64,000 nt of DNA from Candidatus Hadarchaeota archaeon (lineage in GTDB: Archaea; Hadarchaeota; Hadarchaeia; Hadarchaeales; JAGGTB01). Every line of letters begins with the position of its first letter. Position 1 is the first letter of the stretch. The notes under the pieces were generated by a model. The model saw nothing but the letters and a program-made list of their open reading frames with translations, had not been told where the DNA came from and searched no databases. The stretch is taken from the NCBI GenBank assembly GCA_964384105.1, contig CAYLJV010000001.1, positions 586,594 through 650,593 on the forward strand, read 5' to 3'. The translations under genes and the position numbers were made by a program. Positions 56,207 through 64,000 of the stretch are shown in pieces.

Positions 56207-56988
56207 TTGCTCGAATAGTACTGGATTAGATTGACTGTTTCATAGCCATCTAGATTCGCTAGATGCGCTGCTTTGTTTAGTGCATCTTGATAGTTTCCTA
56301 GATTGTCGATCAGATTTAATTGAAGCGCTTCTGATCCATATACTACCGATCCATCTTTTAGAGATTCTACATAGGGTTCTATTTGTGGTCTATTATTCTC
56401 AATTCTTGAGAATAATTGGTCTGATAGGTCTTCAATCATTTTTTGTATTTTTTCGTTTTCTTCTGGGGTCGGGCTCCTCCAAGGGGCATAGGTATCCTTT
56501 TGCTCTCCGCTTTTCCATACGAAGAATTCTATCCCGATGTTTTCGTAATACTTTTCGTAACTGACCCATACGGAGATGACTCCAAGTCCTCCCGTAACTG
56601 TTTGATCCCAAGCATAAAGATAGTCAGAGGCTGAGGCTATTAGGTAGGCGCCAGATGCTCCATACTCTTCCAAGTTTGCAACTACCGGTTTTTCTTCCTT
56701 TAGTCTAGATATTGATGATTCGGCTTGGAAACAACCTGTTACTGCGCCACCCGGGCTGTTTATCCTAAGAACCACTGCTTTTATGGAAGAATCATCTCTT
56801 GCTTTTTCTATTAGGTTTGCATATCGAAAATCTGTGATTTCTCCTGTTATATTTATTACACCGACTTTTGGTTCTTCTTTAAATTTTGCTATATAGACAG
56901 AAGTGGCCCCGATTATGATCACGATAAGTACTATCGCCACCAACGCAAATTTTTTAGTATTGCTTCTTTTTCTTTTCATCTTTACCAA
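56203..56988 (-). CDS. sppA: Signal peptide peptidase SppA (S49 family, 36K type)
   Basis: 261 aa. It has an N-terminal TM, 'AVVLRINSPGGAVTGC' with the catalytic Ser context, and a Lys dyad region. Confidence 0.75.
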   Translation of the reverse strand: MVKMKRKRSNTKKFALVAIVLIVIIIGATSVYIAKFKEEPKVGVINITGEITDFRYANLIEKARDDSSIKAVVLRINSPGGAVTGCFQAESSISRLKEEKPVVANLEEYGASGAYLIASASDYLYAWDQTVTGGLGVISVWVSYEKYYENIGIEFFVWKSGEQKDTYAPWRSPTPEENEKIQKMIEDLSDQLFSRIENNRPQIEPYVESLKDGSVVYGSEALQLNLIDNLGNYQDALNKAAHLANLDGYETVNLIQYYSSN

Positions 56989-57063
56989 TAAAACATTTCT
57001 AGAAACTATTTAATGAATTCTTTATTTTTTCGGTTAGTGAAGCATTTGTAGTTTATAAGTGGA

Positions 57064-57441
57064 CTAAGTACTGGTCTTTAGTGCTTTTCCAATTCTTTCT
57101 ACTAAGTCTTCGGAATTGAATGGTTTATGAATGAAATCTGATATTTTTAGTTTTTCTAGCTTATCCTTTTCGATCTCACGCTTTTTTGCAATAGTCAAAA
57201 ATATTATTTTAATGTCTTTTAGACCTAGTTCTTTTCTGATCTTTTGGGCAAGTTCTAGTCCACTCGTTTCTGGCATAAAGACATCAATCAGCAGTAGATC
57301 TATATCCTGTTTTTTGACTATTTTCAAAGCTTCGTCGCTGCTATTTGCAGTTGTGACCTTATATTCTTTTGATTCGAGTATTTTACACACTACTTTTAGG
57401 ATACCAGGAACATCGTCTACAACTAAAATATGACCATTCAT
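57064..57441 (-). CDS. Stand-alone response regulator receiver (CheY-like)
   Basis: 125 aa. It has 'ILVVDDVPGI' and 'DLLLIDVFMPETSGLEL' and a conserved Lys region. Confidence 0.8.
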   Translation of the reverse strand: MNGHILVVDDVPGILKVVCKILESKEYKVTTANSSDEALKIVKKQDIDLLLIDVFMPETSGLELAQKIRKELGLKDIKIIFLTIAKKREIEKDKLEKLKISDFIHKPFNSEDLVERIGKALKTST

Positions 57442-57449
57442 GAACTCAA

Positions 57450-59054
57450 CTATTTTGGGGGAAGAGTAAAATAAAAGGTTGTTCCCTTCTTGTCGTTGGA
57501 TTCAACCCATATTTCTCCATCATGTGCTTCTATGAGTGATTTGCAGATATTTAGACCTAAACCGCATCCTTCTTGTGAATGGTCGATCTGGTGAAATTTT
57601 TGGAAAATCCTTTTCGTTTCTTTTTTCGGAATTTTATTCCCTGGATTATTTATCGAAAATTTGATTTTCCCTGACTTTTCCTCTAAAAAAATTCTTATTT
57701 TTTTGTTTTCTGATCTGTATTGTATCGCGTTGTCTATTAGTTCACTTAAAACAAATCTTATTTTTTCTTTATCAGCCTTTATTTTAGAGCTCTTCTCTAT
57801 TTCTGTTTCGAGTTCGATTTTTTTGCTTTTTTCTTCTAATATTTCTTGAATTAGTTTCGATAGATCAACGTTAGTTTTTTCTAGTTTCAAAGATCCAGAT
57901 TCGATTCTGGAAGCCTCGAGTATCTTCTCCACTGATTTTTCTTGTCTTCTGATAGCCAGCTCTATCTCTTGTAGGAGATCTCTGTTATCCTCATTTAATT
58001 CTTCAGATAAATTCTGGAGAAGGAGGTCTATGTTTGCCCTCATTACTGTAATGGGTGTTTTCAACTCATGAGCACTCATCGCAATAAAGTTGTCTTTCAT
58101 TTCGTCTAGTTCTTTTAGTTCTTCGTAGGCTTTTCTTAGTTCTGCAGTTCTCTCTTTGACTTTTTGCTCCAGTTCTTCTCTACTTAGCAATTTTAGTTTT
58201 TCTTTTTCTAGAGTCTCTTCAGGCGTTGATTTTATTATCTCCTTAAAGTTTGACAACAGTTCTTCTTCTTTTACTATACCGCTTTTTCGAAAGTATTGAA
58301 AATTTTTTTCTATGGTATCTTTGATTGACGTTCGATCAATGTTTTTTTTAAAGATGGAAATACAGCGTTCCACAACTCTTGAAAGCTCTAATCTGACCTG
58401 TTCAGTAATTTCTTTTTCAGGTAGATTTTTGGTCTTTAGATATATTTCTCTGAAATCTATTTCTTTATCTTTTAGTGATATTTCGAAGGTTTCTATGTCT
58501 GTTTTTTTCAGTGCACTCTGAATGTTCTCAATATTTTTCTCTGTGCTTTTATCGAGAAGGGAGTCTATTATTTTTTTAGAAAGTAAAAATGCTACATTCC
58601 GATATTTGATAGTTCTAGCTTTTTTGTCCTCTAAGTAATCTATAACTTTATTTTGAATTACTAGTTTACGATGTTTTGCTGTTATCTTTTTTAACCAATT
58701 TATGGCTCTTTTTTCACCTTCATGTTTCTTTAGGATCTCGTACGTATTAACAAAAACTTCTTTAAACGAATCTATTTTCTGTATTTCTATTTCCTGTTTT
58801 TTGATATACTCGAGTGCGGAGGTGAGGGGGGAGAAGGATAGTAAGGGTTCAGAATTTCCTGTAGTTATTTTTACATCTTTTCCGTCGAATTTTGTTATCT
58901 TTCTGATTCCAGCATTTTCTAAAAAGTTTTTATACTCTATGATTCCTTGTCCTAATTCTTTTCCGGATGAAGAATCCCATAATTCGTTTAGAAAAGTCTG
59001 CCAATGTTTTATAATCTCTGATTTTTGATGAATCGAGTTCGATTCCTTCTTCAT
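57450..59054 (-). CDS. Sensor histidine kinase (soluble; HisKA + HATPase_c) with uncharacterised about 290-aa N-terminal region
   Basis: 534 aa. It has the H-box 'MSAHELKTPITVM', an N-box and G-boxes ('DNAIQY', 'GCGLGLNICKSLIEAHDGEIWVES'), and no TM helices. Confidence 0.85.
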   Translation of the reverse strand: MKKESNSIHQKSEIIKHWQTFLNELWDSSSGKELGQGIIEYKNFLENAGIRKITKFDGKDVKITTGNSEPLLSFSPLTSALEYIKKQEIEIQKIDSFKEVFVNTYEILKKHEGEKRAINWLKKITAKHRKLVIQNKVIDYLEDKKARTIKYRNVAFLLSKKIIDSLLDKSTEKNIENIQSALKKTDIETFEISLKDKEIDFREIYLKTKNLPEKEITEQVRLELSRVVERCISIFKKNIDRTSIKDTIEKNFQYFRKSGIVKEEELLSNFKEIIKSTPEETLEKEKLKLLSREELEQKVKERTAELRKAYEELKELDEMKDNFIAMSAHELKTPITVMRANIDLLLQNLSEELNEDNRDLLQEIELAIRRQEKSVEKILEASRIESGSLKLEKTNVDLSKLIQEILEEKSKKIELETEIEKSSKIKADKEKIRFVLSELIDNAIQYRSENKKIRIFLEEKSGKIKFSINNPGNKIPKKETKRIFQKFHQIDHSQEGCGLGLNICKSLIEAHDGEIWVESNDKKGTTFYFTLPPK

Positions 59055-59064
59055 TTTTCTACCT

Positions 59065-59718
59065 TCACAGGGAGATAGCTCTTGCTATAAAAATGAATTT
59101 GACCATTGCGAGCCAACCTGCAAAGGGGGGAAATTCAGGGTTTTTAATGAGGATTAGATTAGTAAAAAATATTCCAATTGTGAAAATTAATATTCCTGTT
59201 CCGATAAGTTTGTATTTCCTTCTAAGCAATTTTAGTTCTAGGTGCTCTTTTAGAAAATAAAAGATGATTCCCAATATTAAAAATAGGTATAGAAATATTG
59301 TCCCAAAGAATACGGTAAAGTTTATTGTAGAGGCATCGTAGCTCCAACCCCATTTACTCCAGGAGATTATTGGATCAAGGAAATAAACTGAAATTACTGA
59401 GGGTATTGATAATAATAGGGTAGCTAAATATTGGTTTTTCCATTTGCGAATAGATAGAATCGACAGAAGAAGTAATGGAAAAGCAAAAGTACCTAAATAT
59501 AAACTATTTTTGAAAAACAGAGAAGAAAGATGGGCAGTGGCGGCATTTCTATGTAAAAAGATAAGTGAGAGCCAGAGTATAATACAGATTCCATAACCTG
59601 AGAAAAATAAGTGAGTTTTGCTCCTTGGATTTTTATGTAGTAGATATACTGTGAGGGCCAGTGAAACAATTGCACCAATTATATATTGAAGCGTCCAAGG
59701 GGTAAAATACCATGCCAT
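59065..59718 (-). CDS. Polytopic membrane protein (7TM-type sensor module candidate) upstream of the histidine kinase
   Basis: 217 aa with about 6-7 TM helices. It ends 10 nt before the HK start. Its architecture resembles the 7TMR/HisKA_7TM input modules that are normally fused to kinases. Confidence 0.55.
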   Translation of the reverse strand: MAWYFTPWTLQYIIGAIVSLALTVYLLHKNPRSKTHLFFSGYGICIILWLSLIFLHRNAATAHLSSLFFKNSLYLGTFAFPLLLLSILSIRKWKNQYLATLLLSIPSVISVYFLDPIISWSKWGWSYDASTINFTVFFGTIFLYLFLILGIIFYFLKEHLELKLLRRKYKLIGTGILIFTIGIFFTNLILIKNPEFPPFAGWLAMVKFIFIARAISL

Positions 59719-59721
59719 TTC

Positions 59722-61242
59722 TTAAAGTGACCTCAAAGTTTTTGCGATATCTTTATTTTTAGGTGGGATGATCCGAGGTGGTTTCATCTGTCCAATCGGT
59801 ACCCCCTCTTTTTCTCGAATGGCCGAATACTTTGCGAAGGCTCCTTGACTTAGATATTCTACATGTATTGCTTCCTCGGGCTCTTTTATTCCAAAGTCGG
59901 TAACATAATTTTCGAAGTCCTGTGAGGTCTCCTTTAATGATTTGAACAAAGCTTCTGAGGCTTCTTGTTCAGTTAGATTCCAATTTTCTTCTTCGGTCAT
60001 GAATATCAACCGTTCTTTTTCTCCATAGCTTTCCTTCGCGACTGCCCAGTTGGTAGCATTATTTAATCCTGCGTTTTTGATTGTTTGAGAGGCCATACGT
60101 TTTGATAATCTGAAATAGCCGTATAGGTTGATTAACTCCTTTTTTCTACCTTCGAATTCGAAATAAGGCATTCCATTACTGTCGAAATCTACTACTCTTA
60201 ATAGATCACCTGGTCGGTATCTCATCAACATTTCGTTAAAGGGGCTTACAACGACTTCGTAGACTTTATCTTTCTTCAATTCATCGATCTTTTTGATTTC
60301 ATTGTCTTCATCTATAAATTCAAAATAACATGCTTTTAGACAGGGTATCAGCTTTTCTTTTCTTTCAGGCGTTCCAATCATTAAAATGCCAGCTTCCGAG
60401 TTGGCATACAGGTTGAGGGGAGTTAAATTCAGTTTCTTTTCGAAGAATTTTAGATAAGGTGCAGGGTCAGATCCAGATGTAAATATTCCTTTTAATTTAG
60501 ATATTTCGTTTATTTTTCTCCCACTTTTTTCTTCCAGTTTTTCAATAATGAATTTGAGTAGAGACGGAACACCAGCTGCTATGTGGATATTTTTTTCCAA
60601 AATAGTTTTGCTTATGATTTTAATTTTCTCCCTCATATCGTTTGTTTTTTCTATAGTCTCTGGAGAGGGAACCAATTCAAAGAGATTCTTCCAAGTTGCC
60701 ATAAAGAAGCTTCCTCCATACGGGGGTGGAGCGCCTAAAAATAGTATCCTATCTCCTTCTTCGGCTTCCGTATTCCCTTTTCCTGAACTACAGCCTATGA
60801 GAACACTCGCAATCGATAGCTCGGTATAATTTTCCATTGCTTCCTTGGTGTGAATAGACCATTTTGGTTCTCCCGTTGTACCAGAGGTTTTAAGTGGAAA
60901 GTCGAATTCACCAGGGAGCCATTCATTAATTGATGGATAAGCTTCGAGCGATATTCTGGAATAGTAATTCCATAAATTCTCATCTTCTTCTTGTTTTGTG
61001 TTCTCTATAACTTCCTCTATTCTATTTCCAAAATTTTCCAACAGGGGATAATCTGAATATTCTGTTAAGGGCACGTCTTCTATGCTTTGAGGTTCTTTTT
61101 CGCACAGATGTTTTGCAGTTTTAGTATTTTTCCATTTTCTAAAATGATCTTCTAATCTTTTCTTGTTGTACTTGCATTGTTCTTGGAAGGATTTTTCAAA
61201 AAAATGATAATATTTCTCCCAAAGTTCCTCATTTGTGTTCAT
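59722..61242 (-). CDS. Adenylate-forming enzyme of the ANL superfamily, GH3 / PaaK (F390-synthetase)-like
   Basis: 506 aa. It has the 'TSGTTGEPK' AMP-binding motif at about residue 120 and a GH3-like length. It lies 3 nt downstream of the 7TM gene and may be co-transcribed with it. Confidence 0.55.
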   Translation of the reverse strand: MNTNEELWEKYYHFFEKSFQEQCKYNKKRLEDHFRKWKNTKTAKHLCEKEPQSIEDVPLTEYSDYPLLENFGNRIEEVIENTKQEEDENLWNYYSRISLEAYPSINEWLPGEFDFPLKTSGTTGEPKWSIHTKEAMENYTELSIASVLIGCSSGKGNTEAEEGDRILFLGAPPPYGGSFFMATWKNLFELVPSPETIEKTNDMREKIKIISKTILEKNIHIAAGVPSLLKFIIEKLEEKSGRKINEISKLKGIFTSGSDPAPYLKFFEKKLNLTPLNLYANSEAGILMIGTPERKEKLIPCLKACYFEFIDEDNEIKKIDELKKDKVYEVVVSPFNEMLMRYRPGDLLRVVDFDSNGMPYFEFEGRKKELINLYGYFRLSKRMASQTIKNAGLNNATNWAVAKESYGEKERLIFMTEEENWNLTEQEASEALFKSLKETSQDFENYVTDFGIKEPEEAIHVEYLSQGAFAKYSAIREKEGVPIGQMKPPRIIPPKNKDIAKTLRSL

Positions 61243-61351
61243 CTAAATACTCTCCAGGGGGCTTGGATATTAAAGGTAGTTCTCACTTTTATTATTACTT
61301 ATCGAATTGGAAATTTTGTGTCTTTGATGTGGTTTTTCTAAAGAATTTTCC

Positions 61352-61909
61352 TTACTCCAAGTTATCGGAAAGCTCTTTGTATATCTCAAAAAGACTGCTT
61401 TTGCTTACTCCAGCTGCCTGAGAAATTTCTACTTCGCTACGCCATTCTCCGCAATCAATCGCAGCCATGTATATGGCAGCTGCAAGTATACCAGCTGGCT
61501 TTTTCCCATAAGCAATCCCAAGATTCTCAGCTTTTTTTATTATGTTTATAGCTCTTCTTTGGCAAGTTTCTGAAAGGTTTAAATCTTCAGCTAATTGGGG
61601 AACTTGAGTGGATAAAATCCTGTCAAGGCCTGATTTTATCACTTTTTTTCCGGAGCCTAGCATTTCGCTAAATAGTTTGTCTGACCAGTCATCTTCTAGT
61701 TTATAATTCTCTTTGGAATACTTTCTCAAAATATCCAAAGCTATTTTTTCTGGTTTTTTGTCAGGGCTATCTATTCTCTTTAATTTCCGCTCTAGCTCGT
61801 CGATCTCTTGTCTCAGCTCTTCATATTCATTTTTTCTATTAAGGTATTCTAGTGCTACTCCTATGTTTTTTCTGTTGTAAGATTCATCTTTGTTGTTCTT
61901 GTCATTCAT
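61352..61909 (-). CDS. TFIIB (TFB) cyclin-fold-only paralog lacking Zn ribbon and B-reader
   Basis: 185 aa. The C-terminal 'ETCQRRAINIIKKAENLGIAYGKKPAGILAAAIYMAAIDCGEWRSEVEISQAAGVSKSSLFEIYKEL' matches a TFIIB cyclin repeat. The N-terminal 90 aa is a charged coiled coil without CxxC. Confidence 0.55.
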   Translation of the reverse strand: MNDKNNKDESYNRKNIGVALEYLNRKNEYEELRQEIDELERKLKRIDSPDKKPEKIALDILRKYSKENYKLEDDWSDKLFSEMLGSGKKVIKSGLDRILSTQVPQLAEDLNLSETCQRRAINIIKKAENLGIAYGKKPAGILAAAIYMAAIDCGEWRSEVEISQAAGVSKSSLFEIYKELSDNLE

Positions 61910-61989
61910 AGTTTTCCCTCTAAAATGCTAGTAGAAGTATTCTTTTTGATACTTAGTAAATTCGAAGTAATATTTTGTGAATATTTTAT

Positions 61990-64000
61990 TTACCTGAGAC
62001 GAAGTGTAGCGCGAACAGTGTCTTCATCTTCCTTCTCGATTTCGAAACCTAGCTTTCTACAAAGATTTATCATTGGTGTGTTGTTTTTCAGTATGGTTCC
62101 CCATATTTTTTCCAGCTTTTTGTCTTCGGCTACTCCGATAATAGAGTCAGTCAATTTTTCTCCTAATCCTTTTCCTTGCCATGGGTCGCCGATTAAGACG
62201 GCAAACTCTCCATCATTTTTTTCTGGATTTGTTATCAACCTACCAACTCCAATCATCTTTTTCTTACTTCCATCTCTAACTATCCCGACTATGGCCATTT
62301 CTCTTCTATAGTCTATATTCGTGAATCTTACCATATCTTCGTGAGTGACGTCTTTCACCGGTCCAAAGAACCTATATCGCCAGGATTCTTTTGAAAGAGT
62401 ATCAAATAGTTCGAATTCCAATGGTTCATCTTCCGGTTTGATAGGTCTGAGAGTTATTGGAGTTCCATCATCTAGTTCCCACTCTTCAACATATTCCCGG
62501 GGATAAGGTTTTATCACAAGAAATTCTTCAGGGTCTGGTTCTTTTAGGGCCAAATCTTTGTCTATTTTTACTAATCCATCTAGAGCCATTAGTTGATCAC
62601 CTACAAAAGAAACGGGATTTACATCTAATTCGATTATTTCTGGGAAATCGATAATAAGTTGAGAGAGGCTTATGAGCGATTTTTCGAGAGTTTTAGTCAT
62701 TTTTGCCGAATTTTCATCTTCTTTAATTTGATCATAAATCTTAGTTTCATCCATTAATAAGCGAGCAAGAGTCTGATTTAGGGGAGGGAATCCAATCGCG
62801 GTATCTTCGAAGAACTCGACCTCTGTCCCGCCTCTTCCGAACATCAGAGTGGAACCAAATATTGGGTCTCTTTTTGAGCCTAGAATAAGTTCGTACTTTG
62901 AATCATTTATCATCTTTTGGACAGTTATACCTTCTATTTTTGCAGATGGATATTTCTTTTCCACTTGTTCCATAATCTTTTTGTATTTTTCACGAACTTC
63001 TTCTTTAGAATTAATATTGAGGGCTACACCTCCAACTTTAGCTTTGTGAGTTATTTCTGGAGATTGAACTTTCATTACTACTGGAAACCCGATTTTAGAG
63101 GCAAGTTTCTCAGCCTCATCTACATTTTCTGCAAGGTGTATTTCTGGACTAGGTATCCCGTAAGTTCTTAGCATCTTCTTTGATTCGGTCTCGGTTAGAA
63201 CTTCTCGCCCCTCTCTCGCGATGCGTCTGACCATTGCTTTCAAGTTGTATTTAGGAGGTGATTCATCCACTGGTAGTTCTTCAGGTGTTTCTAACAATCT
63301 TTCAAGGTTTCGAGCGTATCGATTCAAATACATGTACGCTTTAACGGACTGTTCCGGAGCTGTTTGGACTGAAAATCCGTGCTCTCTTAATATTTTCTGC
63401 CCTTTTTGGATCTTTTCCCCTCCCATTAAGCACGTCAGAATTGGTTTTTTGATATCTTTCGTTTCTACGAGCGCTTTTGCTAATTCCTCGGGGGTTAGAG
63501 TTCCAAGAGGTGTATAAAGACAGATTATACCATTAACGTTCTCGTCTTTTGCGCATATTTTCACAGCATTTTTGTATTCCTCGTCATTTGCACCCCCTGT
63601 GACATCTACTGGGTTGATGAGACTAGATGGAGCGGGAAGTGCTTCTTTTAATTCTTCAATTGTGGATTCCGAAAGCTCGGCCATTTCTCCCCCTTGATCA
63701 ATGATGAAATCAGTAGTCATTGCGCCTGGTCCCCCTGCGTTGGTTACTAATGCGAGTTTAGGTCCTTTTGGTGGTCTTTGTTTTGCTAGAGTTTCTGAGC
63801 ACGCAAATAGATCCTCGATAGTATCGACACGAGTTATACCGGCCCTTCTGAATGCACCATCATAGACTTCATCAGACCCCGCCAAGGACCCGGTGTGTGA
63901 AGCAACAGCTTTTGCCCCTTCCTTATGTTTTCCTGATTTAACTGCCATTATTGGCTTTGTTCTGGCAAAGCTTCTGGCTGCACTCATGAATTTTTTGGAA
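61990..64000 (-). CDS. Partial NDP-forming acyl-CoA synthetase (ACD alpha-beta fusion) with C-terminal GNAT acetyltransferase domain (Pat-like). The N-terminus lies beyond the window end.
   Basis: There are 665+ aa in the window. They include a succinyl-CoA-synthetase-like CoA-ligase domain, an ATP-grasp beta region (KKMLRTYGIPSP...GFPVVMKVQSPEITHKAKVGG) and a C-terminal GNAT (FAVLIGDPWQGKGLGEKL; R/Q-x-x-G-x-G/A-type acetyl-CoA motif). The ORF-track Met at 63987 is internal. Confidence 0.75.
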   Translation of the reverse strand, partial: SKKFMSAARSFARTKPIMAVKSGKHKEGAKAVASHTGSLAGSDEVYDGAFRRAGITRVDTIEDLFACSETLAKQRPPKGPKLALVTNAGGPGAMTTDFIIDQGGEMAELSESTIEELKEALPAPSSLINPVDVTGGANDEEYKNAVKICAKDENVNGIICLYTPLGTLTPEELAKALVETKDIKKPILTCLMGGEKIQKGQKILREHGFSVQTAPEQSVKAYMYLNRYARNLERLLETPEELPVDESPPKYNLKAMVRRIAREGREVLTETESKKMLRTYGIPSPEIHLAENVDEAEKLASKIGFPVVMKVQSPEITHKAKVGGVALNINSKEEVREKYKKIMEQVEKKYPSAKIEGITVQKMINDSKYELILGSKRDPIFGSTLMFGRGGTEVEFFEDTAIGFPPLNQTLARLLMDETKIYDQIKEDENSAKMTKTLEKSLISLSQLIIDFPEIIELDVNPVSFVGDQLMALDGLVKIDKDLALKEPDPEEFLVIKPYPREYVEEWELDDGTPITLRPIKPEDEPLEFELFDTLSKESWRYRFFGPVKDVTHEDMVRFTNIDYRREMAIVGIVRDGSKKKMIGVGRLITNPEKNDGEFAVLIGDPWQGKGLGEKLTDSIIGVAEDKKLEKIWGTILKNNTPMINLCRKLGFEIEKEDEDTVRATLRLR

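Overview
This is a gene-dense, AT-rich window (roughly 37-38% GC by eye) that reads as an archaeal (euryarchaeon-like) chromosome. I call about 70 protein-coding genes. I found no convincing rRNA, tRNA, CRISPR array or IS element.

Gene starts repeatedly sit behind an extended Shine-Dalgarno-like motif GGAGGTGA(A), and GTG/TTG starts are common.

- **Core functions:** isoleucyl-tRNA synthetase (1061 aa), CDC48/VAT AAA+ ATPase, replication factor C small subunit, a Trm5/TYW2 tRNA methyltransferase, two UbiA-family prenyltransferases (one DGGGP-synthase-like), thiazole synthase Thi4, a dihydrolipoamide dehydrogenase with a GcvH lipoyl carrier, signal peptide peptidase SppA, an M48 HtpX protease, an alpha-glucan phosphorylase and a prepilin peptidase.
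- **Redox and energy:** two tungsten-type aldehyde:ferredoxin oxidoreductases, one with an overlapping polyferredoxin partner and one next to an Fe-alcohol dehydrogenase; ferredoxin, rubrerythrin, an iron-sulfur flavoprotein (ISF), WrbA, a rhodanese and pyridine-nucleotide disulfide oxidoreductases.
- **Metal and metalloid resistance:** an arsR gene overlapping a P1B-type ATPase, and a divergent arsR/ACR3 pair.
- **Signalling:** REC-PAS, REC-only and REC-plus-unknown proteins, and a three-gene operon of a 7TM membrane sensor, a soluble histidine kinase and a REC protein.
- **DNA metabolism:** a NurA-HerA pair with overlapping stop and start codons, a stand-alone Cas4-like Fe-S PD-(D/E)xK nuclease next to a membrane-anchored HhH protein, a PIN-domain protein, a secreted SNase-like nuclease and a KaiC/RadA-like ATPase.

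The most unusual items are:

1. A 335-aa protein with the class I terpene synthase signature: DDxxD at residues 96-100 and an NSE/DTE-like motif about 141 residues downstream.
2. A protein with an ATP-cone domain fused to an Hsp20/alpha-crystallin domain.
3. A partial gene with bacterial Pat-like architecture: an NDP-forming acyl-CoA synthetase fused to a C-terminal GNAT.
4. Four copies of an 18-bp GT(G/T)AAC-N-GGGGT-GTT(A/C)AC repeat, arranged as two pairs flanking a small HTH gene.
5. Three TTGTT-N8-AACAA palindromes, two of them identical 18-mers, in the promoter regions of cdc48 and an adjacent small ORF.
6. A TFIIB cyclin-fold protein that lacks the Zn ribbon.

All assignments come from reading motifs in the translated ORFs without tools. 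No database search was run.
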